Assembly (NCBI RefSeq): GCF_006345805.1
Contig: NC_042999.1
Span: 4,154,001-4,218,000 of the forward strand
Direction: 5' to 3'
Source of the DNA: Octopus sinensis
Lineage: Eukaryota
DNA: 64,000 bases
Below the pieces are notes generated by a model. That model was given only the letters and a program-made list of their open reading frames with translations. It made no database searches and had not been told where the DNA came from. The translations under genes were made by a program, and so were the position numbers. Positions 37,101 to 52,680 of this stretch are shown one piece after another (within the stretch, counting starts at the first letter, position 1; every line of letters starts with the position of its first letter).

Positions 37101-39896
37101 ACTACACTGATAGTCTGTTTCATTTACTGAGAATTCAGATAACCTAATATAATATTGATGAAGACAGCTAATCACATGACACTCATGCATATGTATTATG
37201 TGCAGCTGATGTATTTGTTGCATTGAGATAAAATATTTTTATAGTTTTAAATTGATCAATATGTCCATAGATTTCTTTTACTCTGCTACATCTTCTATCT
37301 TATAAATGGCTATTCTTTTTTTGTAATGACAGCTGAAATTAGTAAACTGTCTTGAGAGATGAGAAATGTTCTCTTTATAAGTTCATCTGATGAAAGATTA
37401 ATTAAAATTATATGGGAATTTTGTTTGTTGTAACATTTATTATTATTTTTTTTTGTAACAATGAATGAAATGGTGATTAGGAAAGCTTGTCTCTGAAGGT
37501 TGTTACCAGTGAAGTCATTGGTAATGCACAGGCTAATTAATGGGTGTGTCAAAAAAAAAATGTGCTGGAGAGAATTAACACAAGATAATATTAATGGCAA
37601 AATCAGCATTAAATTATGAGTTAACCTATATCAATACAACTTTGCTTTTAGAGAGACAGAAAGAGTTAAATAAAGGGGGATAACAATTAACAACCCAGAA
37701 TCTGTTAAATAATAATGTCACTAATAGTCAAGACAAAATTGAATAGCTTACTGGAAACTTCATTAGATGACAAAGCATCATCAACATCAAATAATGTTTG
37801 ATCTATTTCATTAATAATGATGATGATGATGATTTAAAATTTGGGCACAAAGCTAGCAATTTCAGTTGCAGGGTAAGCCAATTACATCAACTCCAGTGGT
37901 CAACTTGTACTTATTTTATCAGCCCTGGAGGATGAAAGGCAAAGTCGATCTTTGCAAAATTTTGAACTCAGCTCATAAAAAACAGATGAAATGCTGCTAA
38001 ACATTTTGTCCAGCATGCTAATGATTCTGCCTGCTCATCACCTTAATAATAATAATAATAATAATAATGATCCTTTCTACTATAGGCAAAGGCCTGAAAT
38101 TTGTGGGGAAAGGGCAAGTCAATTACTTCAATCCCAGTGCTCAACTAATACTTAATTTATCAACCCCGAAAAGATGAAAGGCAAAGTCAACCTCAGTGGA
38201 ATTTGAACTCAGAATATAGCAGCAGACAAAATACTGCTAAGCATTTTGCCCGGTGTGCTAACGATTCTGCCTGCTCGCCACCTGAAATGATAATAACAAT
38301 AATAATAGTGATAATGATAATGTTTAGCTAATGAAGTGCTTCATTTAATTTTCACGTGCAGAACATTAACAGGAAAAAAATTTCACCTCACTTCTCTTCC
38401 CTGTAGGAAAGCACCTTATGCTGTAATTTTCAATTTTTTTCCTCAAATTAGTAACAAACTATTTCTGTGTTTTTAAGCAGTCATGGTGTCAGCCATCAAC
38501 TTCATTCATATGTGGTGTTGATTTGGATTTGGTAATTAGGATAAATGTAGAGTGTGACAAACTGATTTATATTTTGTTAAGCTCATAACTCATTCTGCAC
38601 ACATGTAAAAACAATTGGGCAGGAGAGCTTAATGAAGAAAAAGATTGCTAAAAAAAAAGTGAGGTTAAGATATGAGAACCTTGCATCACACAGATGAAAT
38701 AATTTATGATTTGGTGTGTCACAAGCTCATGCCATCCATTGAAAAATATTATTAAAAAACATCATTATCGGAGGACATCATCATTGTGGCTGTGGCAGAG
38801 TTGTAGTCATTAACATTTTTAAGTTAGAATTAGTGTAGAAGGTAGGGGAAATGATAGCAACCATTGTGTGTGTGTGTGTGTGTGGTGTGTGTGTGTGCAT
38901 GCGTGCATGCGCATGTGTGCAGGCTTGGCTGTGTGGTTAAGAGGTTCAATTTCCAATCGTGAGATTTTGGGTTCAATCCCACAACGTGATACTTTGGGCC
39001 AGTGTTTTCTACTATAGCCTATCTGGGAGAATTTGGCTGATGAAATTTGTATGAAAGCCTGCCATGTATGTATGTGGTGTGTGTGTGTGTGCGTGTGTCT
39101 GTGTGCATGTCTTTATGTTTACCTGCATATTAATGACAACCGGTGTTGATTTGTTTACATCCCTGTAACTCATTGATTCAGCAAAAGAGATGGAATAAAT
39201 ACCAAACTTAAAAAAGATTAAGTATTAAGCCATTCTGATTTAACCCTTTATGGCAGTGCCTCAGCATGGCTGCACTTCAATGACTAAAATGATTAAAAGA
39301 AAGAAAGAATACATGTGTGTGTGTACACATATGTAAGCACATGAAGGTAAAACAAATACCGAATATATGTTTAAGCTGAAAAACTTCCTGGACTGTTACC
39401 TTGAGTTTCATGTAACCGAAATTTTTGTCTGATGATTGGTTACATGAAAGTCAGTTTAACAGGGTGAAGTTTATCAGCTCCAGTAAAAGACACATGCATC
39501 CCCCTCTATCTTTGTATGTATACATACACACACACATGCATGCATGCACACACACATGTGCACAGACACACACATATACTTACAGATATAGGTGGATATG
39601 CATAAATGTATATGCATGTGTCTTTGTCCCTCTCTGTCTTCCTCTCTCTTTTCCTGTCTCTTTTCTCATCTTAATATTATCTAACTAACTCTCCTTCTAT
39701 CACACTCTACTGTGGTGTACAACTGTTGCTTACCCATAACATGCATTACTGGTGAGTATAAGGACATGCAATGAACATCATATTTTATTGTTTGTTATAT
39801 AATGCCAAGGATGTGGGTTGCTGGCTTATGCAAACCAGGTGTATATATAAAGCTTAAAAATAAAATATCAATTATCTTTTCTGTTTATTTAACTAT

Positions 39897-39927
<31 letters not shown>

Positions 39928-41100
39928 AGAGTTTTTGGTGATTAGAAGTTTGTAATGTGTCTGCTAAATGTACTATTTTGATAAAATCATTGTTCTACTA
40001 AGTAATCGCCATATTCTTTGTATTATTCGACAGTCATTATGTAATATAATTGATACATCTCTTAAGCAAATATTTGTCCTCACAGCAGGACACTTTACAG
40101 GATATGCTTAGGAAGAAAAAAAAAACGTCTACAGTAATAAATAACTGGTGAAGTATGTAGTTTAAGAAGGGAAATTAGTGCCAAGTCGCCTTTCAAACTA
40201 ATTCTGGATATTGGCACCTATCTTTGCCAAACAAATTATCAAGTTTATTGAGTACAAAAAGTAAACTTCCTTTCATTCAGAATCTGTTACTTAGGAAATT
40301 TGCTTTTGTACTCAACTATTGGATTATTCTACAGATATATTTGTTTACATTCTAATTTTGTTTGATTTTTTTTTTTTGTTAGTTTTGATAATAATAATTG
40401 TTTCTTAATTTAGTAATAGTAGCTATTATTATTGCTGGCAGAAGAAGGGTGGGGGATGGTGGGAGTTGATGCCAATCATAGAAAGTTACACTAGTTGCAA
40501 TGCTTCGAGATGATTGATTGAAGTTCAAATCCTGGCAACAGTAATGTACATTACGTCTTCAAAACTGTGACAAAACAAATGCTATTAACACAGTGAGGTG
40601 GAATAAGATTTGCTTTTTAGGCACCATGTTACTGCACCAATTTCACAGAAGACCATGGAAGGGGCTCAATTTCAATTTCACAGACTATATCCCTGCTCAC
40701 TGTTATCAGGGCAGAGATTGCTGTCCACAAGTGTAAGCCCCATGAATCAGAGTGGCTGTTCCAGGGTATCTCCCTCTGGGGCAATGCCTTTTCCATTTTG
40801 TCTGCTGGTGCCATGAGAAATGTTTACATATTGTGAGAGGCAAGATTCTTCATTAATAGAAGCTTCATTTAACTAAAACTAAGCCCTCTTTGTTTCTTAT
40901 AAACGGTAATGTTATTTAAGTAAGATTCTAGTTATTACATGTAAGTCATGAAATCCCATCTTTCTATTTTGATTTGAGAGAGATTATGCTCGTATAAAAT
41001 CCTTTATCATTGCCATCACAATCAGCATCATTAGGATCATCATCATGATCACCACCATCATTATGATCACCATAATCATAATTGTCATCAATGTCATTGT

Positions 41101-41133
<33 letters not shown>

Positions 41134-42753
41134 ATTTATATTTTGGCACAATAAGATGTCTTTGGATCAGTTTCTCAGTTGTTTTCATTGGTTCATACTT
41201 TCTGAGTTTAGTTGAAACAACAACAATTATACATTTGCTCTTAAATGATAACATATGGAGATTATTGTATGGCACTGAAGATTAAATTATTTTTTATGAA
41301 CATCAAAAATTACTATGTACAGTGTTTCTAAGTTTTGAGGTTTTTTTCTGTTTTTTTTTTTTTGCTTTTCATCTTTTCATTTTTATAGTCTGTTCAATCT
41401 ATTTGATAAAGACAATAATAGGCAATATGAAAACAGAATACCTGTTCATTTTTGAATAAAATAAAGCTATTCTTTTACATCTACTGCCATCTCTACCTTC
41501 TCTCATCATTGCTTCTAGTCTTAATCAGTTTGTTTCATGATTCAAAATTAAATTCATTCTCAAACTACTCAATAATATATATACGTTATCATATTCAAGT
41601 TTATTTTAGCTTTTCTAATTTACTCTGTGTTGTGCAGAAAGACATATTTTTAAATTATTCAATAATATATACTTCATGATATTTAAATTTATTTCTGTTC
41701 TTTGGATTTGATCTATGTTATGCATAAAATATTGTTTATTTAATGAGGAGGTATTAAAAGCATAAATATTCATATTAGGCTATCCACCATAGTGCTAGCC
41801 TATTTCATGATTGCTTTATAAGCAGCTGATCTATACTGTTGACTGAAAACGGAAGTATGTCTTTAACTAAAAATGTTTCAAGGTGGTGCCTCAGCATGGC
41901 TGCCGTCTATTGACTGAAACAAGTAAAAGATAAAAGATGATAGCATCTGGCTTAAACAAGTATTGATTTGTGAATTAAATTTTATTTGAATAAGTGATAA
42001 GTCATTCAACTTGAACTTCTTGGAATAAAGAATGAATCTATGAATCCTTTCCATTCCTCTGTTCTTTTAGTAAACAATTTCATGTTTTAACATCTTTAGA
42101 ATACGAATAAAACAATTCATGGTGGAATCTATTATCAAAACTTTCATTCAGGATATTTAATTTTAGCAAAGTCCTTATTCAAAGCAAACCCCACAAAGCA
42201 TTGTCTTTTGATACTTGACTTACTATAGTTCACAATCACTGTTTTGTTAAATATTTTAGTTTTAATGAACACCTCAGGCTAATTTTTAAGAATGAAATAA
42301 TATCTGCTAAACTTATTTTTTTAAAAATTATTTGATTGTTTTAAAATAACTTTATATAATGAGCAAATCATTAGAAACAGCTATCATCTCACCTTTCTTC
42401 TGTTTCAACTGGTTTACTATTTCTTCATTGTTAGTTCTTTTTTCAAAGGTTTCTTTTGTGAATCTCTTCTCTTTTACTTGTTTCTTGTTTCAGTCATTAG
42501 ACTACAGCCATGCTGGGGCACTGCCTGGAAGCATTTCAGTCAACTGAATTGACCCCATTGCTTTTTTTTTTTAATCCTGGGACTTACTCTATTAGTGTCT
42601 TTTGCCAAAGTGCTAAGTTACGAGGATCTAAACACACCAACACCAGTAGTCTAGTGGTGGTGTTGGAGACAAACACAGGCACAAAGGCATACACACACAC
42701 ACACACACACACATACACACTCACACACACACACACTCACACACTCACACACA

Positions 42754-42793
<40 letters not shown>

Positions 42794-43287
42794 GGGTTTC
42801 TTTCAGTTTCCATCTACCAAATCCACTCACAAAGCTTTGGTCAGTCTGAGACTGTAGTAGAAGGAACTAGCCCATGTGGTTTGAAAGTAAACTTCTTACC
42901 ACACAGCTATGCATCATTCATTCAGTTATGTCACACTGTTCTTATACATTGACACCTTTGAGTGAATTTTCAGTTTGGGAGATGAGTATTCACTTCCTTA
43001 TACATAATTTTAAAAGAATTGTGTATTTCCGATTAAATATGTTATGTGGAGGTGCTTGCATTCTGTGGTGAAAAAAAATAATAGTAAAATAGCTGTAGTA
43101 CAGATTTATATCAGTGCATTATTTAGATTATTAGATATATATATTTTTTCTTAATTATTTCCTTTCCTTATTCTATTCTCCATTCCCTCTGGGGGTGATA
43201 AAATATGTATCAGTTAAGCACTAGGGTCAATATAATCAGTTTGCCCCATCCCCTTAACATTTCAGGCCTTATACCTATAGTAGAAAG

Positions 43288-43480
43288 AATTATTATTATT
43301 ATTATTATTTCTTTTTATCACATGTGTTGGAATTCCTGGAGCCTTGCATGTGTAGCAGGCTTGCTACCTGCAGCCTACGGTACCATGCTATCCATTCTTT
43401 TCAGATATCTAATACTTTCCTGGTTATTTTGGCCATGCCAAGGATGCAAGCCTTTTGTAGCAGTTTTACTGGGCACTATA
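43288..43480 (-). mobile_element. 3' tip of an R4/Dong-like LINE with (TAA)n tail
   Basis: Minus strand LLQKACILGMAKITRKVLDI* followed by (TAA)n. Confidence 0.55.
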
Positions 43481-43484
43481 TTCC

Positions 43485-43486
43485 AA

Positions 43487-43534
<48 letters not shown>

Positions 43535-44200
43535 GACATTGCACAGTATACAATATCATGAGGTTGTTGAGTGAAGATATTGTGTCTACCTGGGGTTTGT
43601 ACTGTTTGTCAAGTCACAATAAGGACCTCAAACAAACAGTACTTTACACAATATGCATGCAGTTCCAAGTAATGCTGACTTTTGCAATACATCTAGATTG
43701 TAAAGTATCTCTAAGGTTTACAGATGTTTTTTTTCAGATTGGGTGGTATTGAGCCCAAAGCTCCAATGACAATATTGATAACCTGTATGTTCAACTCCTG
43801 TAGATGCCACATCTTAGCAATCTCAGTTCTCAGGTCTCAATATTTGTCAACCTTTTCTCTTTCTTTCATGATGATATGTTGATCTCCTGGTACTGCCATA
43901 TCAATTATTAGGAATTCTTGTTTGTCCCTCTCAAAAGATTACTATATTTCAGTGATCTAACACCTTCTCTGTCTGGAAATCAAAGTCCCAGAGGATTTTT
44001 GCCTTCCCCTTTTCATTCATTACCTTTTCTGGTCTATTTTGGTACCAAGCACCCATAACCTCATACCCATACTTACAGCATAGTAGCCATTGGAGATTTT
44101 GGGCTACCTTGTCATGTCTATGCTTGTATTCTTTCTGCGTAAGACTTTTACAAGCACTAACAATGTGAGTCACGCTTTCAACCCTCTTCCCACACATTCT
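43485..44200 (-). mobile_element. R4/Dong-like non-LTR retrotransposon 3' end (zinc knuckle plus restriction-like endonuclease)
   Basis: CGKRVESVTHIVSAC...RHDKVA...KILWDFDFQT, then KEKVDKY.DLRTEI.KMW, IVIGALGS and LQKSALLGTACILCKVL*; (TAA)n tail at 43485-43532. Confidence 0.85.
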
Positions 44201-44633
44201 GCAGAACCACTAACTCTTTATTTTAGTTTGGTAGAAATCATAATTATTTGTTATTTTATTTTACAAGCACATAAAAATTATTTGGTTATAACAGCAGTAG
44301 ATTTTGAAATTATTATTTCCTTTCATTTCTGGAACTACTAAATTAGTTTTTAAAATCAATAATTTTTTTTATTACCACTCAAACAGCTTATTATTACTAA
44401 AACTAATTTAATTCACATTATAACAATTAGTAGCCTATACCTAATCTGTCACACTCTTCTGAACATTGGATTTACTCAACTTGGTGAAATTTTATTTCAG
44501 TCATTGTACTTCAGGAAGCATTGAATTTTGGAAGGATGCAGTATCCTGACAAGTAACCACCAATATAGGTTGTTTTATTCCATGCTTCAACAGTTTTGAG
44601 CATTAAAAAACTGTTTCTGAAAGTTGTGGGTGT

Positions 44634-45052
44634 TACTCTTTTACTCTTTTACTCTTTTACTTGTTTCAGTCATTTGACTGTGGCCATGCTGGAGCACCGC
44701 CTTTAATCGAGCAACTTGACCCCGGGACTTATTCTTTGTAAGCCCAGTACTTATTCTATCGGTCTCTTTTGCCGAACCGCTAAGTTACAGGGACGCAAAC
44801 ACACCAGCATCGGTTGTCAAGCAATGCTAGGGGGACAAACACAGACACACAAACAAACGCACACACACACATATATATATACATATATACAACAGGCTTC
44901 TTTCAGTTTCCATCTACCAAATCCACTCACAAGGCTTTGGTCGGCCCGAGGCTATAGGAGAAGACACTTGCCCAAGGTGCCATGCAATGGGACTGAACCT
45001 GGAACCAAGTGGTTCAAAAGCAAGCTACTTACCACACAACCACTCCTGCGCC
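44634..45052 (-). mobile_element. Young SINE (family A)
   Basis: Colinear with 30927-31335. Confidence 0.85.
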
Positions 45053-46491
45053 TGTTGCTCATTTTTTTATATAGATACCCACAAGTGGTCAGATATTGAA
45101 TTCAAAAAGATGGCCAAAACATGTGAGAACCTTTCCTTTCATAAAAGCTCCCTACTCAACCCTTCCAAAAGCTGCAAGAAATTATATTTCCATTTTCTGT
45201 TAATTCCTGTCAGTCATGCATTCTCACCTTTTCCAGCCAAATGTTGCCAGCAGTCAAAGCAATGCCTATATATATTGATTGGAGTTTTATTGCCTGAAGT
45301 TAGAAAGATTTCATCATAAAATTCTTGGGATAATCTCCAGATATCAATTTCAGATTGTAGCCATGGTTATCTTGAGATATAATTTTTATCCTAAGTCTAC
45401 TTTAATTTAGTAAATCTCTAGACATTTCTTTTTGTCTTAATATTGCTTGCCATCAATGTCACCTCCATATATTGCTTCTGTTCTAAGATTGCTTGGAATT
45501 GCAGAAATCCCCAGATATTATTTTAGTCTCAGATCACTTGAAGTTATTGAGATTTCTTAGTATTATTGTCTCAGAAAGCCCCCTTCCCCCTAATAGTTTT
45601 GTACTTTCTATGACTCAGAGTTACAGAAATCTTTACATAAGTGCAGGTATGGCTGTGTGGTAAGAAGTTTGCTTCCCAACTACATGGTTCCAGGTTCAGT
45701 ACCACTGCATGGCACCTTGGGCAACTGAGTTCAACTATAGCCTTGGGCTGACCAAAACCTCATGAGTGGATTTAGTAGACAGAAACTGAAAGAAGTCTGT
45801 CATGTGTGTGTGTGTGTGTGTGTCTTTGTGTTTGTGTTTGTTCCCTACCACTGCTTGACAACCAGTGTTGGTGTGTTTACATCCCCATAACTTAGCAGTT
45901 CTCAAATGTGAAGTACCAGGCTTTAAAAAAATGTAGTGGGATTGTGTTTTTTCAACCAAAATAACTCAAGGCTGTGTCCCAGCATGACTTAATGATTGAA
46001 ATAAATAAAGGGTATACGGTTTTAAGTGTAAATTTGCTTGCAGTACAGTCTCTTCATATTTCTCTGTCTCTCTATCTCTATCTCTCTATATATATGCATA
46101 TATATATATAAAGTTGTGAACTTAGTTGTGGTCTGGTTGACATCCTAACTACACTACCTCACGTTCCTGAGATTCATATCTACATCTTTATCTGTATATT
46201 TACCTTCCCTAAGATGTTACTAATTGATCTGAGAACTTTATATTATTGGAAAACCTATATAAAATTAGCTGAAGATTACTCGACATATTAAATCTGCTGT
46301 AATATTTACAGCTTTTAATAAAATGCTGTAGCATGAAACAATTGTACTAAATTACCGGATTCATTCTTGTTGCTTATTTTTGATTATAATCAACCCGCAT
46401 ATTTTTATGGGTAATACCATAAAAAATAAAAAATTCTGGTGCATCTAAATTAAGTACCATAGTCATTTGAATCTAAATTGTTTGCTGAACT

Positions 46492-46542
<51 letters not shown>

Positions 46543-46774
46543 AGAGAAAGGGAGAGAGAGAGGGAGGAGGGAGAAAGAAAGGAAGATATTATGAATAGAA
46601 ATAGATATATTATGCTCTGTACTTTCTGGTTCATATAAGAGTCTGGTATGATGGACACCATTGACATCTCACCACCTCATCACTATGCTTCATACGTATA
46701 CTTAGGTCTAATAACTGGTTATTAGTCTTGCTATAGCAAAGCAGAATTATAAAATATACATCCATACACAAACC

Positions 46775-46812
<38 letters not shown>

Positions 46813-47107
46813 AATCTAATCTTCGATATATTCAAAATAAGATGGTAAACTGTGATAATGATTTGAAAATATTTGTTTTACAACAGATAAGTGTATTATC
46901 TCAATAAGGTTTTTTTAATTAAACATAGCTAACTCAATATTCTAATGAATTTTGTGGATGTATAATATAATTTTTGCTTTAAATATAAATTTTCTTTACA
47001 CTCCATCTCTCTCAATTCTCTCTGTTGCTTATATAATGACAATGATGATGATGATGACAATGACGATAATAATAATAATAATAATGATAATAATAATAAT
47101 AATAATA

Positions 47108-47141
<34 letters not shown>

Positions 47142-50100
47142 CTTGATATAAAAATAAAATATATATTTCGTGCACTCCTCTTTCACTTTTTTCTACAAAT
47201 ATTGTAATCCACTATTTCATAAATTATTATTCTCTTTAAGTAGGAAATCATGAAATTAAAATAATAAAAATCAATCAAACCAAAACTCTTTGAACTAAAT
47301 TTTTATAATCATATCATTGACCCACAGCAACATAATTTTATGTAGAAATAAAAAAAAAAATTTAATTTTCTATTTATAATAAAGACATTTTGGTGAGATG
47401 AAACAATTATACATTTTTATTGTTGCATGAACATATTAAATTACCAGCTTTGTAATTACAATAAATCAACTTCCTTTTTTTTTTGTTGGTATCTAGTGAA
47501 GGAGACTCTATGATTCAATTTTCAGGGAAATAAAACATTTTTCCAGATCAAAGATAACGCGTAAAGTGCTGTTCAGCTTTAACTGAACATCTAAATATCC
47601 CTGCATACAAATCCTCATCATTTCCTAATAAACAAGCTCTTGTGGAATTAAAACTTTGTGTCAATGATCTCGTAAAGAGTGGTGCCATCTAAAGAAATAG
47701 ATTCGTGCTGAAATTAGTAATCATTCATCCCAGAACTCTTTTAATTTAAATTAGAATTTCTCAACTGCTGGCTTTATAATTACTAATGGATTGTTTCATC
47801 TTTAGCTTAAAGGATAGGCTCCTAATTTTTCCAAATATTCTTCTTGCCTTTTCCCATCGATTTCCTTTCATTGGAAATTTTTATGTTAAATTTTTATCAT
47901 CTCTTTTTGAAGCTTTAGGAAGTATACTCATGTTAAAATTTACGAGAAATACAATGAAAGGAAAACTAATACAACAATTGTTTTGTTTGGGGTTATTTTT
48001 ACAATCTTTTCACATTTCCAACTTCCAAATTATTTTGGATATTCAATCAATTAAATGTATTATTTCAAATTATTTCTGAATTATTGCCATATTTAATTTT
48101 TAAAGTACATTTATGTTCGATGCTTCAAACTATTACTATATAATAGTAACTGATATAAATATTCGTTATTTGGGAAACTTGATAAAAGTTAAGCCATATT
48201 TCCTATTATTATCCTATGTTGGCAAAAGTATATTTCCAAAGTTTGCTCATCATATGACAGGTAACTCTTTAGTTTTAAAATAATTTATGAAATTATTTAG
48301 CTTCCACTAATGGTATTTATTTTGATCTTGTGAATTTATAAATGATAATGTTCTTTTCTTCTGTTGTCTTTGAATTAGATAAAGACACTTATGTTTTAAT
48401 AGCTCTCAATAAAACAAAATACCGTCTCTGGAAAACTTAGATTTAATTGTATTCTACTTAGTCTGATTTTTGAAAATGATACAATCATCAGTCCTTGATT
48501 AGGATTCTGGAAACATTTACAAATAATTCTGTGGCCAATTTACATGTGGAATGGCTGTGCAGTTGAGAAGCTTGCTTCCTTGACCATGCGATTTTGGGTC
48601 TAGTACTACTACACAGTATCTTCTGCTGTAGCCCCAAGCCAACCAAAGCATTGTGAGTGGATTTAATAGATAGAAACTGGAAGAAGGCCATTGTATGAGT
48701 GTGTATATATGTGTGTGTGTGTGGTGTGTGTGTGTGTGCTTGTGACTGTATGTATATATGTATGTGTGTGTGTGTGTATAAATATATATATATATATGTA
48801 TATATTCTAACTGGTTGATATGGATGACAGAGAGTATTAGAAACTTTCTTCATCACAATTATCATTTCGGCATACTTCTGCACTGCTCCCTAGTGGGTGG
48901 AGAACAATATAATGAAATCAAATGCACCCAACAGTGAAGAAAGAAAATGGGCATTAAAATTGTGATGATGATGATTATTGTTGATACAAACCACTAAATT
49001 AGTGATATCAGTAATCTTAAAAATGTCTTGTATTAAATCTCATTTTGATTTATATCTGTCATCTGTCATTTTGCTATACATCTGTATATTTGTCTATTTG
49101 TCAACAGGGAAGTCTGTGTTTAAATATAAGTCAGAATACTATGGCCCTTGTTTATAAGATAACAGCTGGGTAAATCATTAGAATCTAGATCTGCCAATTG
49201 ACTGGTTAATAGATTGTTATTCATCAACATCAATACTTTTCAAGAAGAGGATGAGTAGACCACTCATCTGCAAGAAGTGAAAGCATACAGCTGCATGAAT
49301 ATAGTATTATTTCATTACAATGTTGTGCTGAATTCAAATCCTCTTATAGGCAAAACCCTTGAAAAGCCAGTGTTCTTCTACTGAGGGAAAACTGTCATAG
49401 TCACTGACTACTGTAAAACATGAAGCAAGCTTAAGCTTTAGCACACATTCTCTGTTACATAACATGCTGTCAGCCACAGAGTGATCACTGTTATTTCTAT
49501 GGGGCTGGGGTGGAAATCCTACTCAAGGTAATTTTAGCCTACGGTCCTCCTAATACTCCAGAACCACTTTTATGTTATTAATATCCAGAATATTCTTCAT
49601 TTTAGTTATGTACTGATTACATCACAAAATATAAAAAAATCATTTAATGAATTATTTAATATACCTCAATAGGATGGATGTGTAGTCTAGATGTTCACTT
49701 CCCAAACCATGTGGTTTTGAGTTCTGTCCCTCTGCATGGCGCTATGAGCAAGTGCTTTCTACTATGACCCTAGCCTGACCAAAGTATTGTAAGTGGTGGA
49801 TTTGGTTGACTGAAACTGAAATAAATCTATCATGTTTATGTTTATGTTTTTGTATTTCCTCCCATTTTTATGTATCTTTGCTAATTATAAACAATGGCCT
49901 GGAAAGCAAATAGTATTTTTTACTTACAGTCTTCCACAAAATCATGTCCAGGCTTCCGATAATGTTGTGAGCTGTTGCACAGCCTTTGAAAACAAACAGC
50001 TATCCACACAGTGTAGTTTATTTCCAGTTCGATGTATAACCATGTCTAAGCTGTTGTTCAATACACTGGGCAATAATTACCTCACTTGAAAACAGACATG

Positions 50101-51190
50101 AATTGGTATCAGAGAGATCATCCAGCTGTAGAAAACTCTACCCTGACCTACTCCAGCCTAAACCAAGCAAGGTGGAAAATTTGATATTGAAACAATGATG
50201 ATAATGATGACCAATAGTCAACATGTTGCTATCAAACAACTGCTGTTGTTGAGTTCCAATTTCAAGCCTACTTTGATCCAGTAAACCTATAATCAAAGAC
50301 ATTCCATCTGGACCCAACCTGTCTTTTTGCGTCCCAGAGACTACATTTTCCAGTGTTCCAATGTATCTGTCATTGGATTGTCTATGTTCAGTCTGCTGCA
50401 GGACAAAGGGCTCAGCATGTTCTTTCCTCCAACCTTAGTCTGATGTGGAGGCCGTGAGTTTGAGCTTGAGATCATACTGGTTAAATGAGCTTTCTCTGCC
50501 ACACTTACTCAACATGGCTTGGCAGAGAGATGCAGCATTTTTTCTTTTATGCTCTTACCTAGGAATAGCTAAGTCAATTACATCAACCCCATTACTCATC
50601 TGGCACTTATTTTATTGACCCCACCCCCACCCCAAAGGATGAAAATCAAAGTCAGCTTTGGAAGAATTTGAACTCAGAACATAAAGACAGACAAAATACT
50701 GCTTGGCATTTCACCTGGCATGCTAACAATTCCATCATTAACACGGTAAAAAGGATGAGATTTTGAAGGAGAACTGGCTGCTATCGCTTGCAAACTGAAC
50801 CACTGTGGAGACATTTCTTTGTGTATAGTAACTTTGTTTGTTGATATTACTAATCGACTAACATTTAACAAATTTACTTATCTTCACCAGATAAAACCCT
50901 TAAATTAGCATGCAAAGCAAACAAATATTGTACAAGCAGAAATAAATAAATCCCCTAAGGCAGCCAAAAACGGTCTCCTTTAATTACTATATCCTATATG
51001 TTGAAGCCCTTGATAGTTTTTGGAATACTCCTGTCAATTGAAAGCCATTTAATATCAGAGCTTTACTTGATAATTTGTCATCACTCAAATATTATGTGAC
51101 TGTAAACATACATTAGGAACTTTTCTTTTTATCTTTCACTAAAATCCACAATGTTCAGCCAGACGAAGATCTTAAATTTCTTTGATCTAA

Positions 51191-52003
51191 TAGAAGGTCA
51201 AAGTTAGCAGTAGTGGAGGAAGTTCTGATAGTGTAGTTGCTAGGATAAGAATAGGCTGAGTGAAGTTCAGAGAGCTTCTACCTTCCTCAGAGTGAAAGGC
51301 AGATTGTGTGATGTTTGTGTACATACAGCTATGTTACATGGCAGTGAAACATAGGCTTTGGCTACAGAGGATTTGTGAAGGCTTGAAAGAAATGAAGCTA
51401 GCATGCTCTGCTGGATGGGTAATGTCAGTATGCATGCACAACAGAGTGTAAATGATTTTAAGAGGAAAACTGGATATAAGAGAAGTCAGATGTTGCCTGC
51501 AAGAGAGATAACTGTGCTGGTTTAGTCAGGTGATGCATATGGATGAGGATACTGTGTAAAGAAATGCCAATCTCTAATTGTGGAGGGTACCTGTGGAAGG
51601 AGTAGACTCAAGAAGACGGAATGAAGTGGTGAGAAAGGATCTTCAGACATTGGGTCTCATTGCGGAAATGACAAGGGCCCAGGAGATGTGGCAATTTGCT
51701 GTACTTGATAAGACACATCAAACTAAGTAAAATCGCTGTCTTACACACATACAGGCTTGTCTTTTCAGGTGTTGGTGCCACTTAAAAAGCACCTGTGCCA
51801 GAGCTGCATTAATGCACCTGTGGTGGTACTACATAAATGCACCCATTCCACTCTGCTAAGTGGTTGGCATGAGGAAGGGAATCCAGCCACAGGAACTATG
51901 CCATATCAGACAGTTGGAGTCTGGACAGTTACCTGCTAGCCAGCTCCATGTCAAACTGTCCAACCCATGCCAGCATGGAAAGCAGACATAAAACGATGAT
52001 GAT

Positions 52004-52004
<1 letters not shown>
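51191..52004 (+). mobile_element. RTE-clade LINE 3' end with (GAT)n tail
   Basis: LRVKGRLCDVCVHTAMLHGSET...RLERNEASML.W coding relic, 3' UTR, and ccatgccagcatggaaagcagacataaaacgatgatgatg tail. Confidence 0.85.
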
Positions 52005-52046
<42 letters not shown>

Positions 52047-52160
52047 TATATATAGTTAGTAGCTAATAAATCTTATGGTATACACCTGGTAGTTTGCCTG
52101 TAAAGCAAATTCACTGGTTCATTGTTTGTTGAGTATGTAATTGATGAGAGATATATGTGT

Positions 52161-52314
52161 GTATCATCATCATCATCGTTTAACATCCACTTTCCATGCT
52201 AGCATGGGTTGGACGATTTGACTGAGGTCTGGCAAACCAGATGGCTGCACCAGACTCCAATCTGATCTGGCAGAGTTTCTACAGCTGGATGCCCTTCATA
52301 TGTATGTATGTATG

Positions 52315-52361
<47 letters not shown>

Positions 52362-52680
52362 ACATGTATGTATGTTTGTATATATATCATCATCATCATT
52401 TAACATCCGCTTTCCATGCTGGCATAGGTTGGACGGTTTGACTGAGGGCTGTTGAGCCAGAAGGCTGCACCAGGCTTCAATCCAATCTGGCAGTGTTTCT
52501 ACAACTGGATGCCCTTCCTAACGCCAACCACTCTGAGACTGTAGTGGGTGCTTTTTACGTGCCATCGGCACAAAGGCCAATCAAGTGGTACTGGCATTGG
52601 CCATGCTTGAATGGTGCTTTTTACATGCCACTGGCATGGGAGCCAGTCAAGTGGCACTGGCAATTACCATGCTCAGTGAA
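52161..52680 (-). mobile_element. Two tandem RTE 3'-end fragments separated by (TA)n/(TATG)n
   Basis: catcatcatcgtttaacatcc.ctttccatgct starts at ~52165 and ~52387. Confidence 0.75.

Noticed and set aside
40621-40836. GC-richer open frame after an acceptor-like ttttttag
   Set aside because: No recognisable homology, no resemblance to the expected alpha2/delta continuation, and it ends in a stop.
41396-41455. LFNLFDKDNN EF-hand-like peptide after an acceptor-like site
   Set aside because: The frame stops within about 22 codons and no donor is present; likely chance.
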